Assembly (NCBI GenBank): GCA_051955835.1
Contig: JBQCGH010000110.1
Coordinates: 39 to 64,038, forward strand
Length of the DNA stretch: 64,000 bases
Source: Gemmatimonadales bacterium
Lineage (GTDB): Bacteria; Gemmatimonadota; Gemmatimonadetes; Gemmatimonadales; GWC2-71-9
Direction: 5' to 3'
Part shown: piece by piece, positions 1 to 10,438 of the stretch
How the letters are laid out: every line of letters begins with the position of its first letter
How positions within the stretch are numbered: position 1 is the stretch's first letter
Translations under genes and position numbers: made by a program
Notes under the pieces: model-generated
Databases searched by the model: none
The model's input: the letters and a program-made list of their open reading frames with translations, nothing else
What the model was told of the DNA's origin: nothing

Positions 1-222
1 GCGGGCGCGATAATGGCCTAGGCCGCCTTGTCGTTCGTCGGACTGGGCGCCCAGCCGCCGACGCCGAGCTTGGGGGCGATTGTCGCGGACGGGCGGGATC
101 TGCTTCGCGTGGCGCCATGGGTGTCGCTGGCGCCAGGCATGGCCATCGGGGTCGCGGTGCTGGGCTTCAATCTCGTGGGCGACGCCCTCCGCGAGACGCA
201 TGACCCGAGGCTGGGGGCCTGA
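1..222 (+). CDS. Peptide/nickel ABC transporter permease (DppC/OppC family), C-terminal fragment
   Basis: LSFVGLGAQPPTPSLG...APW...PG...FNLVGDALR is the typical DppC C-terminus; truncated by the window start. Confidence 0.85.
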
Positions 223-238
223 GCGGGTGTCGTCCCCC

Positions 239-1426
239 ATGGCGTCGCCCCCACCTTCTCCGTCCGCGTTCGATGTGCCCGCGCTTCGGCGCGCCGAATT
301 TCCCTGGGCCGACGAGACGATCTACCTCAACCACGCCAGTACCGGGCCGCTCCCCGAGCGCACTCGGCTCGCGCTCGACGCCTTCAATCGCCGCCGGGCC
401 ACCCCGTTCCGCCTGCCGGACCGCGACCTCTTCGCCACGCTCGACCGGGCCCGACAGCTGATCGCCCGCCTCATCTCGGCGACGGTCGAAGAGATCGGCC
501 TCACGGTGAACACGAGCTTCGGCATCGGCGCCGTTGCCCGCGCGATTGCCTGGCGTCCGGGCGATATGGTGCTCGTGAGTGACCGGGAATTCCCGGCGAA
601 CATGTATCCCTGGCTCCGGCTCCGGGAGATCGGCGTCGAGGTCGAGCTGGTGCCGACGACCCCGGAAGGCTGGCCGGATGAGGCCCGTTTGCTCGAGCGG
701 CTGGCGGATTCGCGGGTTCGCGCGCTCGCGGTCTCGCTGGTCCAGTTCAGTAACGGCTACCGCGCCGATCTGGACGCCTTGAGCGCGGCGACCCGGCGCA
801 CCGGCGCCTACCTCGTAGTCGACGCCATCCAGGCCGTGGGGCAGCTGCCCGTGGATGTGACCAGGACGCCGGTCGACGTGCTGGCGTGCGGCGGGCAGAA
901 GTGGCTGCTGTCACCGTGGGGAACGGGATTCGTGTACGTGCGACGCGAGCTGATCGCCCAGCTGCGCCCGCCGGTCACCGGTTGGATGGCGTTCGAGGGC
1001 ACCGACGACCTGACGCGCCTCACGGAGTACAGTGATTCGCTGCGGGCGAGCGCGAGACGCTTCGAGCTGGCCACGCTGCCGTACCAGGACGTCACCGGGC
1101 TCAACTCGTCGCTCGAGCTCATCCTCGAGCTCGGGGTAGAGCGGATTCAGGCGCACCTGCAGCACATGCACGCGCCGGTCCTCGGCTGGGCGCGCCGACG
1201 GGGTGCCCGGATCGTGTCGCCGATGGGCGCGCATGGCTCGGGCATCCTTTGCCTCGCGCCGAACGACGTCGGCGCCGCCTTCCGCCGGCTCAAGGCCGCG
1301 CGCATCATCTGCAGCCTGCGGGAGGGCGCGCTCCGTCTGAGTCCCCACGCCTACAACACCGTGCAGGAGATGGAGCGAGTGGCCGACGTCCTAGACGCCG
1401 ACGAATCGCCGCCCGCGCAGTCTTGA
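239..1426 (+). CDS. Aminotransferase class V PLP enzyme (cysteine desulfurase/selenocysteine lyase-like)
   Basis: IYLNHASTGP, VDAIQAVG, GGQKWLLSPWGTG (PLP lysine), LRLSPHAYN; alternative GTG start at 227. Confidence 0.85.
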   Translation: MASPPPSPSAFDVPALRRAEFPWADETIYLNHASTGPLPERTRLALDAFNRRRATPFRLPDRDLFATLDRARQLIARLISATVEEIGLTVNTSFGIGAVARAIAWRPGDMVLVSDREFPANMYPWLRLREIGVEVELVPTTPEGWPDEARLLERLADSRVRALAVSLVQFSNGYRADLDALSAATRRTGAYLVVDAIQAVGQLPVDVTRTPVDVLACGGQKWLLSPWGTGFVYVRRELIAQLRPPVTGWMAFEGTDDLTRLTEYSDSLRASARRFELATLPYQDVTGLNSSLELILELGVERIQAHLQHMHAPVLGWARRRGARIVSPMGAHGSGILCLAPNDVGAAFRRLKAARIICSLREGALRLSPHAYNTVQEMERVADVLDADESPPAQS

Positions 1427-1466
1427 GACCGCGCTGGCGAGGCTGAACCTCCACCCGAGCGACACC

Positions 1467-3032
1467 ATGGCTGACTCATTCACCGACATGCTCAAGGCCG
1501 GGTACGGCTTCACCGATCCCGCCATTACTCTCGGGGCCGCGCTCGAGCGGGGCGGGACCGTGCACCAGGAGCCAAAGGTCAAGATTCCGCTCTCGATGAT
1601 GAACCGGCACGGGCTCATTGCCGGCGCCACGGGAACCGGCAAAACCAAGACGCTCCAGCTCATGACCGAACAGCTCGTGGCGCAGGGTGTTCCCGTGTTC
1701 GCCGCGGACATCAAGGGCGACCTGAGCGGTCTCGCCATGCCGGGCGACGCGAACGACCGAGTCACCGGCCGGGCCAAGGACGTGGGTTGGGACTGGAAGC
1801 CTGCGGGGATGCCGGTCGAGTTCGTGAGCCTGAGCGGAAACCTCGGCGTCCAGCTGCGGGCCACGGTGAGCTCGTTCGGCCCGCTGCTGCTGGGCAAGGT
1901 GCTATCGCTCAACGATACGCAGACCAGCGTGCTCACCATGGTGTTCAAGTACTGCGACGACAGCCAGCTTCCGCTGCTCGATCTCTCCGACCTCAGGGCA
2001 GTGCTCCAGTACCTCACGAGCGACGACGGCAAGCCGGCCCTGACGCAGTATGGCGGCATGTCCGGCGCCACCGTCGGCGTGCTGCTCCGCAAGATGGTCG
2101 AGCTCGAGTCACAGGGCGCGGCGCAGTTCTTCGGCGAGCCGGAGTTCGACGTGAAGGACATGCTGCACCTGACCAAGGATGGTCGCGGCATCGTGACCTG
2201 CCTCGAGCTGGCCGACGTCCAGGACAAGCCGCTGCTCTGGTCCACCTTCATGATGTGGATGATGGCCGAGCTGTATCACAACCTGCCCGAGGCGGGCGAC
2301 CTGCCAAAGCCCAAGCTTGCCTTCTTCTTCGATGAGGCCCATCTGCTGTTCGACGACGCGTCGAAGGCATTCCTGGACCAGGTCCAGCAGGTCGTGCGGC
2401 TCATCCGATCCAAGGGCGTGGGGGTGTATTTCGTCACGCAGACGCCCAAGGACGTGCCCGAGGACGTGCTGGCCCAACTCAGTAACCGCGTGCAGCATGC
2501 CCTGCGGGCCCATACGCCCGATGACGACGTCGCGCTGCGGGCGACGGTCCGGACCTTTCCGAAGACCGATTTCTACGATCTCGAGGAGACCCTCACCTCG
2601 CTGGGCATCGGCGAGGCCGCCGTGACGGTGCTCGACGCGCGCGGCTCCCCGACGCCGGTCGTCGCGACCCGACTGATCCCGCCGTCGTCGCGCATGGCGC
2701 CGCTCACGCCCGAGGAGCTGCAGGCCGACATCCGACAGTCCGATCTGCTCGCGGAGTATGGCCAGGCGGTCGACCGCGAGAGCGCCCGCGAAATGCTCGC
2801 GGCCCGCATGGCGCGCACGCAGCCGCACGCGACCCCGGCAGGCGCCGCGCCCACGGCGCCCCCCGCGCATGGCGGGCGCGCGGCCAAGACCGTGGCGCAG
2901 GTCGCGGGGGGTGCGCTGGTCGGAGCGCTCACCTCGAGCATCGGACGCACCGTCGGGCGCGAGATCGTGCGCGGCGTGTTCGGCCTGCTCGGCGCCAAGC
3001 CGTCCCGGAGCACCAGCCGATCGCGCTGGTAG
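1467..3032 (+). CDS. DUF853/HerA-like P-loop ATPase (YjgR family)
   Basis: NRHGLIAGATGTGKTKTLQ Walker A, FFFDEAHLLF Walker B, VRLIRSKGVGVYFVTQTP. Confidence 0.9.
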   Translation: MADSFTDMLKAGYGFTDPAITLGAALERGGTVHQEPKVKIPLSMMNRHGLIAGATGTGKTKTLQLMTEQLVAQGVPVFAADIKGDLSGLAMPGDANDRVTGRAKDVGWDWKPAGMPVEFVSLSGNLGVQLRATVSSFGPLLLGKVLSLNDTQTSVLTMVFKYCDDSQLPLLDLSDLRAVLQYLTSDDGKPALTQYGGMSGATVGVLLRKMVELESQGAAQFFGEPEFDVKDMLHLTKDGRGIVTCLELADVQDKPLLWSTFMMWMMAELYHNLPEAGDLPKPKLAFFFDEAHLLFDDASKAFLDQVQQVVRLIRSKGVGVYFVTQTPKDVPEDVLAQLSNRVQHALRAHTPDDDVALRATVRTFPKTDFYDLEETLTSLGIGEAAVTVLDARGSPTPVVATRLIPPSSRMAPLTPEELQADIRQSDLLAEYGQAVDRESAREMLAARMARTQPHATPAGAAPTAPPAHGGRAAKTVAQVAGGALVGALTSSIGRTVGREIVRGVFGLLGAKPSRSTSRSRW

Positions 3033-3132
3033 CAGCGCTGGTGAGACCGACGGCCCGCATCGTGCGGCAGCGCGTCCGCGAGCCCTCCCGTGAGCCTCTC
3101 GCGCGGCGGCAGCGAGACCGCGCGCAGCCGAC

Positions 3133-4485
3133 GTGGGCCAACACCCAGCCGGAGATCCACCTCTGACCACGCCCCTCCCCGACGCCTTCACGGCCGAAGC
3201 GTTGCTCGACGCGTATCCGATCCTGAGCTCGGAGGAGCGCCTCGAGGGGTTCGCCATGCTCGACGCCATCGAAGCGGCCGAGTTCTTCCTCGCGCTCAGC
3301 ACGCACGATCAGGCCGATCTCCTCGATGGTCTGGGGCCGGAGCGGAGCCGGCCCTGGATGCGGCTGCTCGCGCCCGACGACGCGGCCGACCTGGTGCAGG
3401 CGCTACCCACCGAGATCCGCGGTCGCTTCATGGCGCTGCTCGACCCAGCCACCCGAGGCGAAGTGACGGCCCTGCTGGCCTACGCCGAAGACGCGGCCGG
3501 CGGCGTCATGAATCCGCGCTACATGCGGCTGCGCCCGGAGATCACGGTCGAGGTGGCGATCCGGTATTGCCGGCGCCAGGCCATCCGCGGCATCGAGGTG
3601 ATCGACTACGCCTACGTCCTGGGCCCCGACCTGAGCCTGCTCGGCGTCGTCTCGTTCCGTGAGCTCTTCGCCGCGCCGCCCGAAAAGCTGGTGCAGGAGA
3701 TCATGCACACCAATCTCGTCACCGTCACCGAGGAGACCGACCAGGAAGCCGTGGCGCACCTGCTGGTCGAGGAGGGACTGCTGGCAATCCCTGTGGTGGA
3801 CGCCAGCGGCAAGATGAAGGGCGTAGTCACGGCCGACGACGTGGTGGACGTGGTGCAGGAGGAGGCGACCGAGGACATCCAGAAGATCGGCGGCAGCGAA
3901 GCCCTCGACGAACCGTACCTCCAGATCGAGTTCAGCGACATGGTGCGCAAGCGCGGCCGATGGCTGGCCGTCCTGTTCATCGGCGAGATGCTGACCGCCA
4001 CGGCGATGGGGTTCTTCGAGAAGGAAATCGCCCGCGCCGTGGTGCTCGCCTTGTTCGTGCCGCTGATCATCAGCAGCGGCGGGAACTCGGGCTCCCAGGC
4101 CGCCACGCTCGTCATTCGCGCGATGGCCCTGAGCGAGATCCGGCTCAAAGACTGGTGGCGCGTGGCGCGGCGCGAGATCCTGACCGGCCTGGTGCTCGGT
4201 CTGCTCCTCGGCCTCATCGGCCTGGTCCGCATTCTCGTGTGGCAGGCGATCGGCGACGTCTACGGCGTGCACTATCTGCTGGTGGCGCTCACCGTGGCGG
4301 GAAGCCTGCTCGGCGTAGTGATGTTCGGCACGCTGGCCGGCTCGATGCTGCCGTTCGTGCTGCGGCGGTTCGGCGCCGACCCGGCAAGTGCCTCGGCGCC
4401 GTTCGTTGCCACGCTGGTGGACGTGACCGGGCTGGTCATCTACTTCACCGTCGCCCGACTGATCCTGGGAGGAACGCTGCTCTAG
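3133..4485 (+). CDS. mgtE: Magnesium transporter MgtE
   Basis: N-domain, CBS pair, EEATEDI, ISSGGNSGSQ, DPASASAPFVATLVDVTG; start uncertain. Confidence 0.93.
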   Translation: MGQHPAGDPPLTTPLPDAFTAEALLDAYPILSSEERLEGFAMLDAIEAAEFFLALSTHDQADLLDGLGPERSRPWMRLLAPDDAADLVQALPTEIRGRFMALLDPATRGEVTALLAYAEDAAGGVMNPRYMRLRPEITVEVAIRYCRRQAIRGIEVIDYAYVLGPDLSLLGVVSFRELFAAPPEKLVQEIMHTNLVTVTEETDQEAVAHLLVEEGLLAIPVVDASGKMKGVVTADDVVDVVQEEATEDIQKIGGSEALDEPYLQIEFSDMVRKRGRWLAVLFIGEMLTATAMGFFEKEIARAVVLALFVPLIISSGGNSGSQAATLVIRAMALSEIRLKDWWRVARREILTGLVLGLLLGLIGLVRILVWQAIGDVYGVHYLLVALTVAGSLLGVVMFGTLAGSMLPFVLRRFGADPASASAPFVATLVDVTGLVIYFTVARLILGGTLL

Positions 4486-4521
4486 ATCGTGGTGTTCCGA
4501 GCGGAATGGGCACCGGTATTT

Positions 4522-4551
4522 ACTCTATATAGCCAATTGGGTATATAGGGT
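4522..4551. promoter_or_regulatory. AT-rich palindrome, candidate operator/promoter of the downstream propeller gene
   Basis: CTATATA-G-CCAATTGG-G-TATATAG (4525-4548), one mismatch in 24 bp, in a GC-rich background. Confidence 0.6.
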
Positions 4552-4574
4552 GTAACTCGCACCGGAGACTTTTC

Positions 4575-5567
4575 ATGAAAGCCCGCCACATCGCCTCTGC
4601 TTTCGCCAGCGTCTACGCGGTCGGGCGCGACCACGAACTGACATCCATCGAGCGCGATGCCGAGGGAATGTGGGGACGTTGGCAAGGCACCGCGGTCGCG
4701 GCCCAGCACGTGGCCCATGCGGGGAGCGTCGTCGGCATCATCGGGGCCGACGGGCGAGTGGCCGCGGTCCAGCGTAACGGTGGCGGCGGACGGCAGGCAT
4801 GGAGTCGACAGGCGACCGAACTCGCCGCCCTCCATGCCCCGGGAAGTGGTCCCGCCTTGTTCGCCATCGATCGCGACATCGTGTGGCACACCTGGAAGCC
4901 GTCGCCAGCGTCGGTCTGGACCGATTGGATCTCGCTCGGCGGCCCCCTCGGAGGCATTCAGGCGGAGGTGATCCCGAATGGCGGCCTGGCGGTCTTCGGC
5001 ATCCGGAACGGGAACGTCGTCTTCCGCCATCAGGCCGCGACGCTGTCCGCATGGGAGAATTGGGATTCGCTGGGCGAGCCCCCATCCGGCGCGCGTCTGC
5101 TTCGCGTGACGACGATCAGTGGGGGCGGGCTGGTCGTCTTCGCCCTGGCGGGCGATGGAAACCTCTACCACCGCTGGCAGGACGAGCCGTTCGACGTTTG
5201 GCAGCCATGGGAGCCGATCGGCGGCCCGGCTATGACGTTCGCCGTGACCAAGGCGCCGAGCGGGGGACTCGCGGTGTTCGGGGTCGCGCCCCACGGTGCG
5301 ATCCGTTACCGGGTTCAGCCCCGTCCGTTCGGAGATTGGAGCGCGTGGGCGGAGTTACCGGGCAGATTCACGAGCCTGACGGCCCAGATCAGCTATGGCG
5401 ACGGGCTGGAGGTTTTCGCGATCGGCGAGGACGGCGAGGTCTATCACGCCTGGAGTGAGCGGCGCGAGGGTCCGTGGACCGCATGGGCGCTTCTCGACCA
5501 CGAGCCGATGCTCAGCGCGGCGGCTGACCACATCCGCCGGCAGGAAGCGCGGGGGCCGAGCAGCTAG
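4575..5567 (+). CDS. Trp-rich repeat beta-propeller protein, PLL/PHL lectin-like
   Basis: About five repeats of GGLxVFxxxxxGxxxxRxQxxxxxxWxxWxxLGG; GGAG RBS before the ATG. Confidence 0.7.
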   Translation: MKARHIASAFASVYAVGRDHELTSIERDAEGMWGRWQGTAVAAQHVAHAGSVVGIIGADGRVAAVQRNGGGGRQAWSRQATELAALHAPGSGPALFAIDRDIVWHTWKPSPASVWTDWISLGGPLGGIQAEVIPNGGLAVFGIRNGNVVFRHQAATLSAWENWDSLGEPPSGARLLRVTTISGGGLVVFALAGDGNLYHRWQDEPFDVWQPWEPIGGPAMTFAVTKAPSGGLAVFGVAPHGAIRYRVQPRPFGDWSAWAELPGRFTSLTAQISYGDGLEVFAIGEDGEVYHAWSERREGPWTAWALLDHEPMLSAAADHIRRQEARGPSS

Positions 5568-6835
5568 GGCTCGAGCACGAGACGGACGTAGTTCTTCTTT
5601 CCCTTGCGCAGGATGACGAAGCGCTGTTCAGGCGGCCCCTGCAGGACATCTTCTCCCACGCGCAGCTCGACGTCGTCGATGGGGCGGCCGTTGAGATAAA
5701 ATCCCTTGCCTTGAATGCCTCTCCGCGCGTCCGCCTTGGAGCTCGCGAGGCCGCTCGCGACCAGCATCTCGACGACGGGGAGGCCGTCCGGAAGCCGTGC
5801 GCGGGACACCCGCCGCTCGGGCATGTCGGCCAGGACCTCGGGCGGCAGCTCTTCGCTGGCGCCGTCGCGCTTCCCGAACAGTGCGGCACTCGTCTGAATC
5901 GCCGCGTCGGCGGTGGCCTCGCCATGCACGGTCGCCGTGACCTCGCGGGCCAGCATGCGTTGCGCGTCGCGGCGCCCCGGATCGGCCGTGTGGGCGAGCA
6001 TCACGGCTGCAACCCGATCAAGCGGGAGGAAAGTGAACAGTTTGAGGTAGCGCTCGACGTCGCGGTCGTCGGTGTTGAGCCAGAACTGGTAAAAGTGATA
6101 GGGGCTGGTCCGGTCCGCGTCGAGCCAGACGTTGCCGCCTTCGCTTTTCCCGAACTTCGCGCCCGAGGCCGTCGTGATGAGCGGGCACACGAACCCGTGG
6201 ACCGTGTGTCCTTCCCGCCGGTCCACCAGGTGGGTGCCGGCGGTGATGTTGCCCCATTGGTCGCTCCCACCCAGCTGGAGCTCGCAGTTCTCGGTCTTGA
6301 ACAGATGCCAGAAGTCGTAGGCCTGGATCAGCATGTAGCTGAACTCGGTGTACGAGATCCCGGCCTCGAGGCGGCTCGCCACGGACTCCTTCTGGAGCAT
6401 GAAGCTGAGGGTAAAATGCTTGCCGCTATCCCGGAGGAACTCCATCAGTGCGAGCCGACGAAGCCAATCGGCGTTGTTTCGAAGTCGAGCGCCGTTGGCG
6501 CCTTCGAACGACAAAAACCGTTGGAGCTGGCGGCCGATCGCCTGGGCGTTCCGGTCGATCTGCTCGAGCGACATGACCGGGCGTTCGGCGCGCTTCCCGC
6601 TCGGGTCGCCGACCATGCCGGTGCCGCCTCCTACGAGCGCGATGGGTGTGTGTCCCGTGCGCTGGAGCCAGGCCATTGCCATGACCGGGACCAGACTTCC
6701 GACGTGGAGTGAGTCGGCAGTGGGGTCGAACCCGGCGTACGCGGTGACCGGTCCTGCCCGAAGCCGCTCGGCCACGCCCGGGGTGGCGTCCTTGATGAAC
6801 CCGCGCGCCGTCAGCAGCTCGAAAACGTCGCTCAT
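5564..6835 (-). CDS. tyrS: Tyrosine--tRNA ligase
   Basis: YAGFDPTADSLHVGS (HIGH-like), QLGGSDQWGNI, KFGKS, C-terminal S4 domain with RKGKKNY. Confidence 0.97.
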   Translation of the reverse strand: MSDVFELLTARGFIKDATPGVAERLRAGPVTAYAGFDPTADSLHVGSLVPVMAMAWLQRTGHTPIALVGGGTGMVGDPSGKRAERPVMSLEQIDRNAQAIGRQLQRFLSFEGANGARLRNNADWLRRLALMEFLRDSGKHFTLSFMLQKESVASRLEAGISYTEFSYMLIQAYDFWHLFKTENCELQLGGSDQWGNITAGTHLVDRREGHTVHGFVCPLITTASGAKFGKSEGGNVWLDADRTSPYHFYQFWLNTDDRDVERYLKLFTFLPLDRVAAVMLAHTADPGRRDAQRMLAREVTATVHGEATADAAIQTSAALFGKRDGASEELPPEVLADMPERRVSRARLPDGLPVVEMLVASGLASSKADARRGIQGKGFYLNGRPIDDVELRVGEDVLQGPPEQRFVILRKGKKNYVRLVLEP

Positions 6836-6888
6836 GGCGCGTATCGTACCCGCTGGAAACGTGCCTCGCAACCGGCTAGCTTGCGGGC

Positions 6889-9192
6889 ATGTCCCCCCGG
6901 CAACCCAACGCGCTGCACCGGCTTTGGCGCTCCGCACGCGTCCGCCGCATCGCGCTGGTCTCGTTCCTCGCTGTCATCGCTCTCGGACTCGCCGTGCTCA
7001 CGGCGCTCTGGACGCGTGCCTGCGCCGGAAACAGCTGCCCCTCCATCGTCGAGCTCGGCGGCTACGACCCAAACCAGGCCTCCAAGGTCTACGCGGCCGA
7101 CGGCCGGCTCATCACCGACCTCGGATTGGAGCGGCGCACCGTCGTTCCCCTGGCCGAGATGTCGCCCTACGTCAAGGCCGCCTTCATCAGCACCGAGGAC
7201 AAGCGATTCTACGAGCACCATGGCATCGACTGGTACCGGGTGTTCGGTGCCATCAAGAACAACATCTTCAAGTTCCGCGTGGCCGAAGGGTTCTCGACCA
7301 TTACCATGCAGCTGGCGCGGAATTTGTGGCCGGAGGACATCAGCGGACGGGACAAGACGCTGAGCCGGAAGCTGCGAGAGGCGCGCGTCGCCCAGGAAAT
7401 CGAGGCGAAGTACTCGAAGGACAAGATCCTCGAGCTGTACCTCAACCAGATCGCTCTCGGGAACGGGGCATTCGGCGTCGAGGCCGCCTCCCAGCGGTAC
7501 TTCGGAAAGTCCGTGCGCGATCTCAACGTCGCGGAGGCTGCGACCCTTGCCGCTATCCCCAAGGCGCCTTCCCGGTACAACCCCCGGCGTAATCCGAACC
7601 TGAGCGTGCAGCGGCGGAACACGGTGCTCAACCTGCTCCGCGACAACGGCCTCCTCTCCGCGGCGGACGCGGAGCGGTGGAAGGCTTACCCACTGCTCCT
7701 GTCGTCGCATTCGGACTTCAGCGCCGTCGCCCAGTACTTCGTCGAGTATGTGCGCCAGCAGCTCGACGCCCGGCTCGGCGCCGACCTCTACAAGTCGGGC
7801 TACCGCATCTACACCACGCTGGATCTCGACACGCAGTAGGCCGCGGAGCGGGCGCTCGAGGCCCGGCTCGAGGCCATCGAGAGCGGGGCGGACGGCAAGT
7901 TCACCTGGCCCACCTACCAGCAGTACATCAACTCCCGCGCCGACACGCCCGACGATGGCACTCGTACCACGACGCCCTATTTGCAGGGCCTCGTGGTCAG
8001 CCTGGACGCGAAGACGGGGGACATCCGGGCGATGGTCGGCGGGCGCGACTTCGAGGACAGCAAATTCAATCGCGCCACGCAGGCGCTGCGCCAGCCCGGG
8101 TCGACCTTCAAACCGATCGTCTACTCGGCGGCGCTCGAGGCCGGCTACCCGCTCTCGCACGTCATGGTGGACGACCCGCTCACCGTCGAGATCGCGACGG
8201 ACGAAGCGCCGTGGGCGCCCCAGAACTACGATCTCGAGTTCGACGGGCCAATGACGCTGCGCCGGGCATTGTACATGTCGCGCAACATCATCGCCATCAA
8301 ACTCGGCATGGAGATCGGCGAGGACGCGGTGATCAGCGAGGCCACGAAGTTCGGCCTCACCACGCGGATCCCGCCGTATCCGTCGATCCACATCGGCTCG
8401 GCGGACGTGATCCCGTTGGAGATGATTGCCGCGTACACGACCTTCGCCAACCTCGGCACCCGCACGATCCCCAACGCGATTCTACGCGTCGAAGACCGGA
8501 ACGGAAAGATCGTCTGGCAGCCGCAGGTGCGGACGGTCTCGGTCATGGACACGGCGCACGCCTGGCTCATGACCGATGCGCTCCGCGACGTCGTGCGTCA
8601 CGGAACCGCCGTCGGTTCCGTCGGCGCGCGCATCAATTTCCCAGCCGGCGGCAAGACCGGCACCACCAACGACGGCTTCGACGTCTGGTTCATCGGGTTC
8701 ACGCCGGATCTCGTGACTGGCGTCTGGATCGGCTTCGACCAGCCGAAAAAGATCAAGGCGAATGCTCAGGGCGGTATCCTGGCGGCACCGGCATGGACGG
8801 CGATGATGCGCGAGGTCTACGAGCGGCGGGCCATCCCGCCGGCGTGGCCCCGTCCCGATGGACTCACCGCGCTCGATATCGACAAGACCACCGGCTACAA
8901 GGCGACCCCGTTCTGTCCGAAGGACGTCCATTACATCGAGTCGTTCATTCCGGGCACCGAGCCGACGGCGTTTTGTCCGATCCACTCGCCATTCGGTGCG
9001 GTGGGGAACAGCGGGCCGTTGGGCGGTGCGCCTCCCGATGGCGCGCCGCAGCCGACCGCGCCCCTCCCGCCGGGCGTCGGACCGCCGAACACAGCCCCGG
9101 CCCAGCAACAGCAGAAAGCCGCCCCGCAGCCGGCTCCCTCCGGGACGGCCACCGGGGTCATGGGGGGCACCGGCCCGACACCGAACCGCTGA
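6889..9192 (+). pseudogene. Class A penicillin-binding protein (PBP1A family) with one in-frame TAG at 7837-7839; pseudogene or sequence error
   Basis: ORFs 6889-7839 and 7981-9192 are in the same frame and separated by a single TAG. Transglycosylase motifs EDKRFYEHHG, GFSTITMQLARN, RKLRE, ILELYLN and transpeptidase motifs STFK, SRN, KTGT are intact. Confidence 0.88.
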
Positions 9193-9193
9193 G

Positions 9194-10438
9194 GTGCGGG
9201 CGCGCCGGCTGTCCGCCCGGTGGGTGCTACCGATCGACCGCCCGCCGGTAGAGCGGGGCGCCGTGCTGATCGGCGCCGACGGACGAATCGTCGCCGCCGG
9301 GCCCGACACGATGGTTCCTCGGCTGACCGGTGTGCCGACCGAGGATTTCGGGGAAGCGCTCCTGCTCCCCGGTCTGATCAATTCGCATACGCACCTCGAG
9401 CTGACCGGCATGGCCGGCGAACCGCCGGGCGCCGATTTCGCCGGGTGGATCCGCCGCCTTCGCGAGGCGAAGGCAACCCGGAGCGCCGAGATATTTCTCG
9501 CGGCGGCCCGGCGGGGTCTGGCCGATTGCTGGGCGGGGGGCGTCACCACGGTGGCCGATACCGGCGACTCCGGCGCAGTCATCCAGGCACTCGCCGAAGC
9601 GCAGGCGTCGGGGCTCGCGTATCAGGAAGTCTTCGGGCCGCACCCGGATCAATGCGAGGAAAGCCTGCTCGGGCTCGAGCGGCGAATCGAGGCGCTCTCG
9701 CGATTTACGGGCGGCCGGGTGCGGATCGGCGTGTCCCCCCATGCCCCGTACACGGTGAGCGGCCCTCTCTATCGCGCCACCGCCGAATGGGCGAAGGCGA
9801 TGGACCTCCCGATCGCGGTACACCTGGCGGAGTCGCCGGCGGAAAGCGCGTTGCTGGCGAGCGGGCAAGGCGCCTTCGCCGAGGCCTGGCGGGCTCGAGG
9901 CATTCCCGCGCCGGCACCGCTTGGCACGAGCCCGGTCGAGTGGCTGGACCGCCATGGCGTTCTCACGTCACGCACTTTGTGCATTCACGTGGTGCAGGCG
10001 GCGGATGCCGACATCTCGCGCGTGGCGGCAGCGGGCTGCGCGGTGGCGCACTGCCCGCTCTCCAACCGGGCCCATGGGCATGGCCCTGCGCCGGTCGCCA
10101 AGCTGCTGCAGGCGGGGGTCCGGCTTGGTCTCGGAACGGATTCCGTCGTGAGCGTGGGTGAGCTCGACTTGCTGGCCGACGCGAGGGCCGCACGCGCCCT
10201 CGGGTCGCTCGACGCCACGCGCACGCTGGCGCTGTGTACGCTGGATGCGGCCCGCGCCTTGGATCTCGACCGCGAGATCGGCAGCCTCACCCCGGGCAAA
10301 TGGGCCGACTGCGTGGCCATTCGCCTGCCGAGGTCGGCGTCCTCGCCCGAGGACATGGTGCTTGCGAGCGCTCCGCGGGACGTGCTGGCCACCTTCGTGG
10401 GAGGACGGGACGTGTATCGCAACAGCCGACCGCAGTGA
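9194..10438 (+). CDS. Metal-dependent amidohydrolase (MTA/SAH or aminodeoxyfutalosine deaminase-like)
   Basis: PGLINSHTHLE, SPHAPYTV, VHLAES, LGTDS, GSLTPGKWAD; GTG start 1 nt after the PBP stop. Confidence 0.82.
   Translation: MRARRLSARWVLPIDRPPVERGAVLIGADGRIVAAGPDTMVPRLTGVPTEDFGEALLLPGLINSHTHLELTGMAGEPPGADFAGWIRRLREAKATRSAEIFLAAARRGLADCWAGGVTTVADTGDSGAVIQALAEAQASGLAYQEVFGPHPDQCEESLLGLERRIEALSRFTGGRVRIGVSPHAPYTVSGPLYRATAEWAKAMDLPIAVHLAESPAESALLASGQGAFAEAWRARGIPAPAPLGTSPVEWLDRHGVLTSRTLCIHVVQAADADISRVAAAGCAVAHCPLSNRAHGHGPAPVAKLLQAGVRLGLGTDSVVSVGELDLLADARAARALGSLDATRTLALCTLDAARALDLDREIGSLTPGKWADCVAIRLPRSASSPEDMVLASAPRDVLATFVGGRDVYRNSRPQ

Noticed and set aside
7837-7839. Genome-wide amber recoding or pyrrolysine
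   Set aside because: TAG is the normal stop of many intact genes here (e.g. ends at 3032, 4485, 5567, 11617, 58696); no pyl genes in the window; the other broken gene uses TAA
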